Shown: positions 30,288 through 40,424, numbered from the stretch's first letter. The stretch is DNA of 64,000 bases from Bacilli bacterium (GCA_050953065.1 JBMNLZ010000002.1:480001-544000); one strand, 5' to 3'. The notes: generated from the letters alone by a model not told the origin. Translations and numbers: made by a program.

Positions 30288-31721
30288 ATGAATAACAAGT
30301 TAGTAAGAGCAATTACAAGTAGAGATGAAGATTTTGCAAAATGGTATACTGATTTATGTTTAAAAGCTGAGTTAATGGATTATTCTCTAGCAAAAGGCTT
30401 TATTATCTATAGACCATATGGTTATGCTTTATGGGAGGGGATTCAAAGTTATTTAGATAAAAGATTTAAAGATACAGGACATGAAAATGTTTATATGCCT
30501 TTGCTTATTCCACAATCTTTATTTCAAAAAGAAGCAGATCATGTTGAAGGTTTTGCTCCTGAGTGTGCTATAGTAACAGTTGGTGGAAAAGAAGAGTTAG
30601 CAGAAGAGTTAATTATTAGACCTACATCAGAGGTTTTATTTTGTGATCATTATAGCAAGGTAGTTTCTAATCATAGAGATTTACCAAAATTATATAATCA
30701 ATGGTGTTCTGTTGTAAGATGGGAAAAAACAACTAGACCTTTTTTAAGAGGAAAAGAATTCTTATGGCAAGAAGGTCATACAATTCATGCAACTGAAGAA
30801 GAAGCAAGAGAAGAAACTCTAAGAATGTTAGAGATTTATAAAGAAGTTGGAAAAGAGTTGCTAGCAATTCCTTTTATTACAGGAAGAAAAACTGAAAAGG
30901 AAAAGTTTGCTGGAGCATTAGAAACTTATACAATTGAGGCTTTAATGCATGATGGTAAAGCTTTACAATCAGGAACTACTCATTATTTTGGTGATGGTTT
31001 TGCTAAAGCTTTTGATATTAAATTCCAAGATAAAGATAATACATTAAAATATGTTCATCAAACTTCTTGGGGAGTATCTACTAGATTAATTGGTGCGATG
31101 ATTATGGTTCATGGAGATGATGAAGGATTAGTAATCCCGCCATATCTTGCTCCAACTCAAGTTGTTATCATTCCAATTCAATCTCAAGTTCCAATTGTTT
31201 TAGAAACTTGTAATAAAGTTTTAGAAAAATTAAAAGCTAAAGGAATTAGAGTAAAACTAGATGATAGTGATAGGACACCTGGCTGGAAATTTGCTGAATA
31301 TGAAATGAAAGGAATTCCAGTTAGAATTGAAATTGGCCCAAGAGATATTGAAAAAAATCAAGCAACTATTGTTTATAGACACACAAGAAAAAAAGAGTTT
31401 ATTTCTCTTGATGCTTTAGAAGAGCAATTACCAATAATTTTCAAAAAAATGCATCAAGAATTATATGATAATGCTTTAGAAAATGTTAAATCTAATACAA
31501 GAATTGCTAAAACATATGATGAATTTAAAAAAATCATTAATGAGTTTGGTGGTTATGTAAAGATGATGTGGTGTGAAGATGAAGCATGTGAGTTAAAGGT
31601 TAAAGAAGATACGACTGCAACTGCAAGGTGTATTCCTTTTGAACAAGAAAAAATAGGAGATGTTTGTCCTGTTTGTGGTAAGAAAGCTACTAAGATGGTT
31701 TTATTTGCAAAAGCATATTAA
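30288..31721 (+). CDS. proS: Proline--tRNA ligase, archaeal/eukaryotic type
   Basis: 'RPTSE', 'RPFLRGKEFLWQEGHT', 'QTSWGVSTR', C-terminal Zn site and '...AKAY' end. Confidence 0.97.
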   Translation: MNNKLVRAITSRDEDFAKWYTDLCLKAELMDYSLAKGFIIYRPYGYALWEGIQSYLDKRFKDTGHENVYMPLLIPQSLFQKEADHVEGFAPECAIVTVGGKEELAEELIIRPTSEVLFCDHYSKVVSNHRDLPKLYNQWCSVVRWEKTTRPFLRGKEFLWQEGHTIHATEEEAREETLRMLEIYKEVGKELLAIPFITGRKTEKEKFAGALETYTIEALMHDGKALQSGTTHYFGDGFAKAFDIKFQDKDNTLKYVHQTSWGVSTRLIGAMIMVHGDDEGLVIPPYLAPTQVVIIPIQSQVPIVLETCNKVLEKLKAKGIRVKLDDSDRTPGWKFAEYEMKGIPVRIEIGPRDIEKNQATIVYRHTRKKEFISLDALEEQLPIIFKKMHQELYDNALENVKSNTRIAKTYDEFKKIINEFGGYVKMMWCEDEACELKVKEDTTATARCIPFEQEKIGDVCPVCGKKATKMVLFAKAY

Positions 31722-31793
31722 TTTTAGATATATTTAATTTAAATGTGTTATAATAAGTTATAAGAAGTCCTAGATGAAAAGAAGGTGATGAAA

Positions 31794-33209
31794 ATGAGAA
31801 AAAATAGATTATTAATTTTTATATTAACCTTAATATTAGGACTTTTTTTGACGGGTTGTGACTTTATAGATTATATTAGTAATCTCAATAATGCTCCTGA
31901 AATTGTAGATTCTATTGAAGAAGCAGATGATGCTGAAGCTTTGGCTCAGTTATTAGCTGAAAAGGATTTATTAGAAGCAGAAATTGCACAACTTCAAAGT
32001 GATAAAACGACTCTAACAACTGAAGTTGCAACTTTAGGAATTCAAAAGAATAACTTAGAAACTGAAATTACTAATTTAGAAGGAGTTGTAGATTCGCTAG
32101 AAGCTTCAGTTGAATCTAAAAATGCAACTATTACTTCCCTAGATAATCAAATTAGTGAAAAGAATAATACTATTATATCTTTAGATAATGAAATTGCTAG
32201 TAAGAATGCTTTAATAACTAATTTGCAAGCTCAAATTACTGAATATGAAGAAGATGTTTTATTAGTTGAAGATTTAACTGAAGAGATTGCTCAACTTGAA
32301 TTAGATGTAGCTGCTTTAGAGGCTAATAAGACAAGTTTGCAAACTGATGTTACAGCACTAGAGTCTACTAAAGCAACTCTAACTACTGATATAGCAAATT
32401 TAAATCAACAAAAAACAATTCTAACAAATACAATAAATTCTCTTAATTCTCAAGTAACTATTTTACAAGGTGATAAAGCAACTTTAGAAACAGAGATTGC
32501 TGCTTTAAATCAAGAGTTATTAGAATTAGAACAAGAAGCTGAAGAGTATCATTTATATTTATTTAATTTATTTAATGAGATTTCACTTGATATAATGAAA
32601 GCAAATATTGTTGTTAAAACATATAAATTTAGTAATTGCCTTGGAACTGGTAGTGGAATTATTATAAAAGAAGATACAACATATTATTATTTATTAACTA
32701 ATAATCACGTTGTTTATATTGAAAATCAAACAAATCTATCTTATAAAGCAATTGATTTTAGAGGAAACGAGTATATTGCCAGTTTACAATTTAGAGATCC
32801 TAACCATGATCTAGCATTGTTAAGAATTACTAAGGATTCAGAATTGCCAGTTTTAAGAGTTATAACATTAGAAACAACTAATCCTCTTTCTCAAGATAGA
32901 ATAATTGCGATTGGTCAACCTTTAAGACAAACAAATACAGTTACTTTTGGTAAAATTACAACTTATACGACTATGACTTTAGGTGATACTCCGCCATCAG
33001 TTTCAAATGTAACATATAGTGTTATAATGCATGATGCAACGATTTTACCAGGAAGTAGTGGAGGAGTCTTACTTAATATGAGTTTAGTTGCAGTTGGTAT
33101 AAATTATGCTGGAAGTTATGATCCTGAAACTGAAGAGTTTGTAATTGGTGCAGCTATTCCAATAGAAAAGGTTCGTTTGTTTTTAACTGAAAATAGTTTT
33201 ACTTTATAG
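31794..33209 (+). CDS. Lipoprotein: long coiled coil plus trypsin-like (S1C) serine protease, no PDZ
   Basis: Lipobox LTGC; about 200 aa of heptads; GSG, TNNHVV, DLALL, PGSSGG. Confidence 0.85.
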   Translation: MRKNRLLIFILTLILGLFLTGCDFIDYISNLNNAPEIVDSIEEADDAEALAQLLAEKDLLEAEIAQLQSDKTTLTTEVATLGIQKNNLETEITNLEGVVDSLEASVESKNATITSLDNQISEKNNTIISLDNEIASKNALITNLQAQITEYEEDVLLVEDLTEEIAQLELDVAALEANKTSLQTDVTALESTKATLTTDIANLNQQKTILTNTINSLNSQVTILQGDKATLETEIAALNQELLELEQEAEEYHLYLFNLFNEISLDIMKANIVVKTYKFSNCLGTGSGIIIKEDTTYYYLLTNNHVVYIENQTNLSYKAIDFRGNEYIASLQFRDPNHDLALLRITKDSELPVLRVITLETTNPLSQDRIIAIGQPLRQTNTVTFGKITTYTTMTLGDTPPSVSNVTYSVIMHDATILPGSSGGVLLNMSLVAVGINYAGSYDPETEEFVIGAAIPIEKVRLFLTENSFTL

Positions 33210-33221
33210 AGGTAAATAGAT

Positions 33222-34151
33222 ATGAAAAGAAAAATATTTTTTATATTCTTATTAATTTTAAGTGTTTCATTATTAGTGGGTTGTGATTTTTTAGATTTTT
33301 CAAACTACGATAATAGTAGTAGCACTAATAGTGATTTAACAGCATTACAAGCTGAAAAGGCTAGATTGCAATTAGAGATCGATCGCCTTGAAGCAAGAAT
33401 TGCTGAAATTAAAGAAGAAAACGGTATTGTAAGTGAATTTAATAGTGATGCTGAACTTTACGATATAATCAATGAAATTTCCTTAGAGGTTGTTAAGGCT
33501 AATGTTATCGTATATGCAAAAACTTATAGAGTATCAATGTGGGGTGGAAGTTCTTTAGTTGCAACTGGTCAAGGAAGTGGAGTTATTTTTAGTCAATCAA
33601 GCAATGAATTATATTACTATGTTTTAAGCAATCATCATGTTGTTGCTCCTGATTCAAAGTATACTTCTTCATCATATTCTATGAATTATACAATCAAAGA
33701 CTATAAAGCTAATGAATATACAGCAGATTTGTTATTTAGTTCAGCGGATTATGATTTAGCAGTTTTAAGATTTAGAAAAAATTCTGAACATCCATTAAAA
33801 TCACTTCAAATTGAAACAGTCAATCCTGATCCTGGAAATGTTGTTGTAGCGATTGGTCAACCAGAAGGCCAAAGCAATACAATTACATTTGGTCAAATAA
33901 TAACATATAGTAAAGTTACTTTAAGTGATACACCTATTAGTGAATCAAATGTCAAGTTTGATGTAATAAGTCATGATGCTCCGATAAATTCAGGCAGTAG
34001 TGGTGGAGTGTTGCTTAATTCAAGTTTACATATAGTAGGTATTAATTATGCAGGTAGTCATGATGATTATGGTAATTTTGTTAGAGCATATGCAATACCA
34101 ATTGAAAAAGTAATTGAATATTTAACTGACAATGGATTTTCATTAAAATAA
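33222..34151 (+). CDS. Lipoprotein: short coiled coil plus trypsin-like (S1C) serine protease, paralog of the upstream gene
   Basis: Lipobox LVGC; SNHHVV, DLAVL, SGSSGG; shares AIGQP, INYAGS and AIPIEKV with the upstream gene. Confidence 0.87.
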   Translation: MKRKIFFIFLLILSVSLLVGCDFLDFSNYDNSSSTNSDLTALQAEKARLQLEIDRLEARIAEIKEENGIVSEFNSDAELYDIINEISLEVVKANVIVYAKTYRVSMWGGSSLVATGQGSGVIFSQSSNELYYYVLSNHHVVAPDSKYTSSSYSMNYTIKDYKANEYTADLLFSSADYDLAVLRFRKNSEHPLKSLQIETVNPDPGNVVVAIGQPEGQSNTITFGQIITYSKVTLSDTPISESNVKFDVISHDAPINSGSSGGVLLNSSLHIVGINYAGSHDDYGNFVRAYAIPIEKVIEYLTDNGFSLK

Positions 34152-34174
34152 AAAAAGGCCTTGAGGCCTTTTTT
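34151..34174. terminator. Bidirectional terminator
   Basis: AAAAAAGGCCT tg AGGCCTTTTTT. Confidence 0.85.
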
Positions 34175-35042
34175 AAATTCCAAAAATTATATTTATTAAG
34201 TATCCAATTCCAAAAGATATTGCAGCAACAGTTAAACTAATTGCAGTCATTTGGAAAAATCTTTTCTTAAATGGTAAGTCTTTAGCAACAGAGATATAGT
34301 AGTTAAAGACTAAAATAATTAATACAACTGAAGTTAACATAATTCCTAGTGCTAAGAATTTATTGTTTCCAAGTAATAAGTAAGGTAGTATTAGAATTGC
34401 TACTGTGATAATATATGCTATTCCTGTGTAAAGTGCAGATTTTAAAGCATCTGGTTTTCCTTCTGTTTTAGCACTTAAGTATTCACTTGATGCCATTGAA
34501 AGACTTGCAGCAATTCCAGTTATCAAGCCACTGACAACAATAATTGTTGGATCTGTCATAGCTAGAGTTAGTCCAGCTAGAGCTCCAGATAACTCTACAA
34601 GTGCATCGTTTAATCCTAAAACAATAGAACCTACATAATTTAGGCTTTCTTCATTTAAAAGAGAAAGTAGTTTTTGTTCGTGCTCATCTTCCTCAGCTGC
34701 AATTTTTAAAGCCTCAGGAATATATTCAGCTAATTTTTGATATGTCTTATTAGCATGGTTTTCACCTTTTTCCATTAATTTTAAAGTGAAAGTATAACCA
34801 AAAAGCCTGCTCATCAAAGTATAGATGAAGATTTTAAACCTATTAGGTTTAATTTTTTCTTTTGTGTGTGATTCCCAAAAAGCATTATGAGCTTTTTCTT
34901 GTTTAGCAATTTTTTCTAATATCTTTTTATTTTCTTCGTTTTTGATTCTTTTAGCAATATTTAAATAAACATAGTATTCAGTAATCTCACCTTTTTGCAT
35001 TTTCCTGATCAGTTTTCTTATTTCTTTAGGATATGTTTTCAT
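34173..35042 (-). CDS. Ferritin-like (erythrin) + VIT1/CCC1 iron transporter
   Basis: N-terminal ExxH pairs (EKAH, EDEH); 'VLGLNDALVE', 'AASLSMASSEYLS'. Confidence 0.88.
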   Translation of the reverse strand: MKTYPKEIRKLIRKMQKGEITEYYVYLNIAKRIKNEENKKILEKIAKQEKAHNAFWESHTKEKIKPNRFKIFIYTLMSRLFGYTFTLKLMEKGENHANKTYQKLAEYIPEALKIAAEEDEHEQKLLSLLNEESLNYVGSIVLGLNDALVELSGALAGLTLAMTDPTIIVVSGLITGIAASLSMASSEYLSAKTEGKPDALKSALYTGIAYIITVAILILPYLLLGNNKFLALGIMLTSVVLIILVFNYYISVAKDLPFKKRFFQMTAISLTVAAISFGIGYLINIIFGI

Positions 35043-35350
35043 TTTACTTCTCCTAATAAAGATAGTATTTTTTGTTTTGATAGAAATCCTGCAGTTCGAT
35101 TTATTTCTTTACCATCATTAAAAACTACTAAAGCAGGAATTGTCCAAACATTATAACTGTCCGATAATTCTTCATCTTTATCAACGTTTACTTTAAATAT
35201 TTTAACCTTACCGGCAAGTTCTTTTGCAAGTTCTTCTAGGATTGGAGATATCATTTTACAAGGACCACACCAGTCTGCGTAAAAATCTACTAATACTTTG
35301 CCTTTTGAATTTAAGACTTCCTGGTTGAAATTTTCTTTAGTTAAGATCAT
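35039..35350 (-). CDS. trxA: Thioredoxin
   Basis: DFYADWCGPC; 103 aa. Confidence 0.95.
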   Translation of the reverse strand: MILTKENFNQEVLNSKGKVLVDFYADWCGPCKMISPILEELAKELAGKVKIFKVNVDKDEELSDSYNVWTIPALVVFNDGKEINRTAGFLSKQKILSLLGEVK

Positions 35351-35496
35351 AAATATCCTCCTATTAATTTGATTATATATTATTTTTTAGAAATCTCAAG
35401 TAATTTGCTTTAAAACAAGTAAGAATCTATTAAAATAAATTGAGATTTATTTAAATTTGTGATATGATATATTATAATTAAGAGTAGAGGTAAAAT

Positions 35497-36294
35497 ATGA
35501 AGTATGTTTTAGTAACTGGTGCTGCAGGTGGACTTGGTAGTGCTGTTGTTAATAGTTTAGCTGAAAAAGATTTTTTTATCTTTGCAACTGATGTAAAAGA
35601 TACAAAGTTTGAAGCAAGAAATGTTAAATTTTTTCAATCAGATATTACATCAAACGAAAGTATAGAAGAGTTAAAAAGAAAGATAAAAAAACATACTGAT
35701 ACTTTATTTGGTATAGTTAATACTGCTGGGATTTTCTTCTTAGATTCTTTTGTGGAAGGAGAAGAAGAAAAACTAAGAAAGATTATTGAAATTAATTTCT
35801 TTGGAACCTATAGAGTTAATAAAATATTCTTTGAAATGTTAAAACCAAAATACAGCAAAATTATAAATGTTGCAAGTGAGGTAAGTAGATATACTCCTCA
35901 ACCATTTAATGGTTTTTATACTTTAAGTAAACAAATGGTTGATACATATACTCATGCTTTAAGAAGGGAATTAAATTATTTAGATATTAAAGTAATTAAA
36001 ATAGAACCAGGCAGTTTTAAAACCAAAATGCTTAATGCTGCAGATGATGAGTTTCACATTTTGGTTGATAAAACTGCATATTATAAAAACAACTTGCTTA
36101 AACTAAAAAAACTTATGGATGCTGAACTTTCAAAAGAAAATAATCCTAAAAAGTTTGGTAAACTAGTTTTAAAGATTCTAAAAAGAAAGAAGAATAAACT
36201 AAATTATAGAATCTGTAATAGTTATAAATTAGCATTATTAGGAATGCTTCCTGCTAGAATGCAGGATAGACTACTTAAAAGAATAATTAGGTAA
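35497..36294 (+). CDS. Short-chain dehydrogenase/reductase
   Basis: TGAAGGLG, NTAG, YxxSK. Confidence 0.9.
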   Translation: MKYVLVTGAAGGLGSAVVNSLAEKDFFIFATDVKDTKFEARNVKFFQSDITSNESIEELKRKIKKHTDTLFGIVNTAGIFFLDSFVEGEEEKLRKIIEINFFGTYRVNKIFFEMLKPKYSKIINVASEVSRYTPQPFNGFYTLSKQMVDTYTHALRRELNYLDIKVIKIEPGSFKTKMLNAADDEFHILVDKTAYYKNNLLKLKKLMDAELSKENNPKKFGKLVLKILKRKKNKLNYRICNSYKLALLGMLPARMQDRLLKRIIR

Positions 36295-36305
36295 GAGGGA
36301 TAAAA

Positions 36306-37154
36306 ATGTATAAGGTATTAGAAAAAAGAAATTTAAATCCAAGTGTAGGTTTTTTAAAAATTGAAGCGCCGTTAGTTTCAAGAAGGGCTGAACCTGGGCA
36401 ATTTATTATCCTAAGAGCAAACGAAGAAGGCGAAAGAACACCTTTTACTATTTATGATTATGATAGAGAAAAAGGTACTATTAGTATAATCTTTCAAATT
36501 GTTGGCGCTACTACTAGAAGATTAGATGCATTAAAAGTAGGAGATTATATTTTAGATGTTGTAGGTCCTTTAGGAAAAGCGGTAGAATTTGATAATGTTA
36601 AAGATGCAATCGTAGTAGGTGGTGGAGTGGGATGTGCGATAGCATTTCCAATTGTTAAAAAACTTCATAATCTAGGAATAAATGTTACTTCAATCATTGG
36701 CTTTAGAAATAAAGATTTAGTAATTTTAGAAGATGAGTTTAAAAAAGTGAGCAATGACTTTTATCTTATGACAGATGATGGGTCACATGGTGAAAAAGGA
36801 ATGGTAACTGATGCTTTAAGAAGATTACTTGAAAAGAAAAAATATGATAAAGTATATGTTATTGGACCTTTGATAATGATGAAGTTTGTATCTTTACTAA
36901 CAAAAGAATTTAATACTTCAACTGTTGTTAGTATGAATTCAATTATGGTTGATGGAACTGGAATGTGTGGAGGCTGTAGAGTAACAGTTGGTGGAGAAGT
37001 AAAGTTTGCATGTGTTGATGGACCTGATTTTGATGGACACTTAGTTGATTTTGATGAAGCAATTCAAAGAAGCAGAATTTATGCTGATGTTGAGAAAAAG
37101 CGGGATGAGGCTACGTGCAATTTGTTTAAGGTGAAAAAAGATGAACTTAAGTAA
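36306..37154 (+). CDS. nfnA: NfnA (small subunit of the electron-bifurcating transhydrogenase; FAD, 2Fe-2S)
   Basis: 'PGQFIIL', 'GER.P.T', 'MVDGTGMCGGCRV', 'FACVDGPDFD'; adjacent to a GltD-like subunit. Confidence 0.85.
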   Translation: MYKVLEKRNLNPSVGFLKIEAPLVSRRAEPGQFIILRANEEGERTPFTIYDYDREKGTISIIFQIVGATTRRLDALKVGDYILDVVGPLGKAVEFDNVKDAIVVGGGVGCAIAFPIVKKLHNLGINVTSIIGFRNKDLVILEDEFKKVSNDFYLMTDDGSHGEKGMVTDALRRLLEKKKYDKVYVIGPLIMMKFVSLLTKEFNTSTVVSMNSIMVDGTGMCGGCRVTVGGEVKFACVDGPDFDGHLVDFDEAIQRSRIYADVEKKRDEATCNLFKVKKDELK

Positions 37155-38526
37155 GAAAAAAAATGAAATGCCTTCTCAAGCACCTTTTGAAAGGATAAAA
37201 AACTTTGATGAGGTTGCTTTAGGTTACACTTTTGAGATGGCGCTAGATGAAGCGTCTAGATGTTTAAATTGTAAGAATCCACCTTGTGTTAAGGGTTGTC
37301 CTGTAAATATTAATATTCCAAGGTTTATTTCAAAAATAAAAGAAAAAGAAATTAAAGAAGCATATGATGTAATTAGTGAATATAGTCTTTTTCCAAGTAT
37401 TTGTGGTAGAGTTTGTCCTCAAGAAACTCAATGTGAAGCACAATGCGTTAGAGGAAAAGCAGGAGAGCCTGTTGGAATTGGTTATTTAGAAAGATTTGTA
37501 GCTGATTATGTTTATGAAAACAAAAGTAAAAGAAGTATTATTAAAGAAAAAGATAATAATATTAAAGTTGCAGTAGTTGGTTCTGGTCCTGCAGGCTTAA
37601 CTTGCGCATCAGAACTTGCAAGAAGAGGATATAGGGTAACTATCTTTGAAGCATTACATGCTGCAGGTGGAGTTTTAGCATATGGAATTCCTGAGTTCAG
37701 ATTACCTAAAAAAATCTTAGCAGATGAAATAGAAAGACTAAAAAGTTTAGGTGTAGAAATTCTAACAAATGTTATTATTGGTAAATCTTTAACAATTGAA
37801 GATATTTTTAGTGATGGTTATAAGGCAGTTTATCTTGGTACTGGAGCTGGTCTTCCTAAATTTATGAAGATTCCTGGAGAAAATGCTAATGGTGTCTTTT
37901 CTGCTAATGAATTCTTGACAAGAATTAATTTAATGAAAGCATATAAGGAAGGTTATGAAACACCAATTTATAGAGCTAACAAGGTTGCAGTTGTAGGTGG
38001 TGGAAATGTTGCAATGGATGCTGCAAGATGTGCTAAAAGGCTAGGAGCAAATGAGGTTTATATAATTTATAGACGTAGTGAAAAGGAAATGCCTGCAAGA
38101 CTTGAAGAAGTACATCATGCAAAAGAAGAAGGAATTAAATTTATGTTACTAAGCAATCCAACTGAAATTGTTGCTGAAAACGGTAAAGTAGTTGGAATTA
38201 AATGTGTTAAAATGGAATTAAAAGAAACTGATTCAAAGGGTAGAATGACTCCAGTTGAAATTAAAGATAGTGAATTCTTTACCAAAGTTGATGCTGTAAT
38301 TATGGCTTTAGGAAATCATCCAAATCCTGTATTAACAAAAACAACAGATAATTTAGAAGTTGACTCTAGAGGTTGTTTAATAGTTGATGAAAACTATCAA
38401 ACTTCTAGAAAGGGTATTTTTGCAGGTGGTGATGCTGTAACAGGAGCTGCAACAGTAATCTCTGCGATGGGAGCAGGGAAGGTTGCTGCTAAAAACATTG
38501 ATGAATATTTAAAAAATTCTAAATAA
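37141..38526 (+). CDS. nfnB: NfnB (GltD-like large subunit; two 4Fe-4S clusters, FAD, NADPH)
   Basis: CLNC..PPCVKGCP, CGRVCPQETQCE, GSGPAG, GGGNVAMD, YRRS; no GltB nearby. Confidence 0.85.
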   Translation: MNLSKKKNEMPSQAPFERIKNFDEVALGYTFEMALDEASRCLNCKNPPCVKGCPVNINIPRFISKIKEKEIKEAYDVISEYSLFPSICGRVCPQETQCEAQCVRGKAGEPVGIGYLERFVADYVYENKSKRSIIKEKDNNIKVAVVGSGPAGLTCASELARRGYRVTIFEALHAAGGVLAYGIPEFRLPKKILADEIERLKSLGVEILTNVIIGKSLTIEDIFSDGYKAVYLGTGAGLPKFMKIPGENANGVFSANEFLTRINLMKAYKEGYETPIYRANKVAVVGGGNVAMDAARCAKRLGANEVYIIYRRSEKEMPARLEEVHHAKEEGIKFMLLSNPTEIVAENGKVVGIKCVKMELKETDSKGRMTPVEIKDSEFFTKVDAVIMALGNHPNPVLTKTTDNLEVDSRGCLIVDENYQTSRKGIFAGGDAVTGAATVISAMGAGKVAAKNIDEYLKNSK

Positions 38527-38562
38527 AATTTATAAAAAACAATGAAAAAGTTTTATTTTGAA

Positions 38563-38591
38563 TTGACTTTAGTGAATTTAATTGATAAAAT
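38563..38591 (+). promoter_or_regulatory. Sigma-A promoter with extended -10
   Basis: TTGACT-17 nt-TAAAAT, preceded by TGn. Confidence 0.65.
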
Positions 38592-38657
38592 AATAATGGT
38601 TTTTAAAAAAAAGCAATTAAAGTAATTATTGCTTAAAAAAAGAAAAAGGAGAGTATT

Positions 38658-40295
38658 ATGGAAAAAGAAAACAAAAAAGATTCTGCAACTAAAAAAACTT
38701 CTACAACTAAAAAAGAAGAAGTTGTAGAAAAAGAAGAAGTTGTTGAAGAAGAAGCAGTTGAAGAAGAAGCAGTTGAAGAAAAAGTAGAAAAGAAAGAAAA
38801 GCCAGTTAAAGCAGAAAAAGAAAAAACTGAAAATGCTTTTGCTGAAAAACTAGACAAATTCTTCGGAATTACTGCAAAGGGTTCTACTATTAGGACTGAG
38901 ATTATTGCTGGTTTAACTACATTCTTTGCAATGTGTTATATTTTGTTAGTTAACCCAGATCAAATGACTGGATTTACTCGTTTTACATTTGCTTTCGCAC
39001 CTGAAGTTATGCAAGTTTATTATGCAATCTTTATTGCTACTGCTATTGGTGCAATTATTGGTACGTTGTTAATGGGCTTATATGCAAAGATGCCTTTTGC
39101 TCAAGCTCCTGGTATGGGCTTAAATAGTTTCTTTGCTACAGCATTTATTTTTGGTGCATTTACAGCATTAGAATTAGCTCCTGCAAATATTCCTGAAATG
39201 TATAAAGCAGGTCTTTCAATTATTCTGGTAGCTGGATTCTTATTCTTAATTATTTCAATTACTGGACTTAGAAAAGCAATAATAAAGGGAATGCCTATTG
39301 TTTTGAAAAAAGCAATTCCTGCTGGAATTGGTTTATTTATTGCATATATTGCTTTCCAAAATGCTGGAATCATTCAAGCTAATCCTTTTGTTCAAGTTCA
39401 ATTAGTTGACTTAACTGCAGGATGGTATGAAATTGCTGGTCCTATAGCAGCTTTACTTGGATTTTTCTTAATTGCTGCACTTTCAAAAACTAAACTTAAG
39501 GGTGGTTCAATTATAATTGGTATTTTAGGAACTACTGTTTTATATTACTTGTTTAATATTGGAAACGCAGATGCTTATGTTGCATTTACTGATCCATTAG
39601 TTAATCCTTTTACAGCTTTTAAAAATTTTGGTGAAGTAGGATTATTTGGTGCTTTCCAAGGATTTAAATATTGGACTGCTGAAAATGTATTTTCAGTAAT
39701 TATGCTAGTAATTACATTCTGTTTAGTTGATATGTTTGATACTTTAGGAACACTTCAAGGAACTTGTGCTGAAGCTGATATGTTAGATGAAGAAGGAAAT
39801 CCTCAAAGATTAAATCAAGCTATGGCAAGTGATGCTATTGCAACTGTTACAGGTGCTTTAGCTGGTACATCAACTGTTACTACATATGTTGAGTCTGCTT
39901 CTGGTATATCAGTAGGTGGAAGAACTGGTCTTACTTCAGTTGTTGTTGCTGCTTTGTTCTTCTTAGCAATGTTCTTATCACCAATTGCTACTATTATTCC
40001 GGGTGTTGCTACTGCTCCAGCTTTAATGTTTGTTGGGGTATTAATGTTAAAGAATATTAAAGATGTTGATTTTTCAGATATTACAAATGCAGTTCCTGCA
40101 TTTATGACATTAGTTATGATGCCACTTACTTATTCAATTTCAAATGGTATTGCTTTAGGTATGATTTCATATGTAATCTTAAAAGCTGCATCGATTCGTT
40201 CAGCAAGTGATACTAAAGAATTCTTCAAAAATAATTATATCTTAATAATTTTGTCGATTCTATTCTTGCTTCGTTTCTTCTTAGTTAAAATGTAA
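38658..40295 (+). CDS. NCS2/AzgA family purine (guanine/hypoxanthine/adenine) permease with E/K-rich N-terminal extension
   Basis: 'TEIIAGLTTF', 'QAPGMGLN', 'DMFDTLGT', 'TTYVESASG..GGRTGLT', 'PLTYSISNG'. Confidence 0.92.
   Translation: MEKENKKDSATKKTSTTKKEEVVEKEEVVEEEAVEEEAVEEKVEKKEKPVKAEKEKTENAFAEKLDKFFGITAKGSTIRTEIIAGLTTFFAMCYILLVNPDQMTGFTRFTFAFAPEVMQVYYAIFIATAIGAIIGTLLMGLYAKMPFAQAPGMGLNSFFATAFIFGAFTALELAPANIPEMYKAGLSIILVAGFLFLIISITGLRKAIIKGMPIVLKKAIPAGIGLFIAYIAFQNAGIIQANPFVQVQLVDLTAGWYEIAGPIAALLGFFLIAALSKTKLKGGSIIIGILGTTVLYYLFNIGNADAYVAFTDPLVNPFTAFKNFGEVGLFGAFQGFKYWTAENVFSVIMLVITFCLVDMFDTLGTLQGTCAEADMLDEEGNPQRLNQAMASDAIATVTGALAGTSTVTTYVESASGISVGGRTGLTSVVVAALFFLAMFLSPIATIIPGVATAPALMFVGVLMLKNIKDVDFSDITNAVPAFMTLVMMPLTYSISNGIALGMISYVILKAASIRSASDTKEFFKNNYILIILSILFLLRFFLVKM
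38712..38790 (+). repeat. Coding minisatellite (GAAGAAG(T/C)(T/A)GT(A/T)GAA units)
   Basis: Encodes KEEVVE KEEVVE EEAVE EEAVE EKVE. Confidence 0.7.
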
Positions 40296-40305
40296 GTAAA
40301 AATAT

Positions 40306-40347
40306 AAGCTAAAATATTTATGAAAATAGATATTTTAGCTTTTTTTT
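40306..40347 (+). terminator. Intrinsic terminator
   Basis: AAGCTAAAATAT / ATATTTTAGCTT plus T run. Confidence 0.75.
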
Positions 40348-40384
40348 AAGTAAAAAAATTTATTGTGTAAATGTTTACATATGT

Positions 40385-40413
40385 TTGTAAAAAAAGGGAG
40401 TTAATGGTATAAT
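40385..40413 (+). promoter_or_regulatory. Promoter of the pur/pyr operon
   Basis: TTGTAA-17 nt-TATAAT with TGn extension, about 12 nt before the riboswitch. Confidence 0.75.
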
Positions 40414-40424
40414 AAGACATAATA

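Noticed and set aside
37141-38526. Glutamate synthase
   Set aside because: Only a GltD-like chain paired with an NfnA-like gene, with no GltB large subunit. NfnAB fits better.
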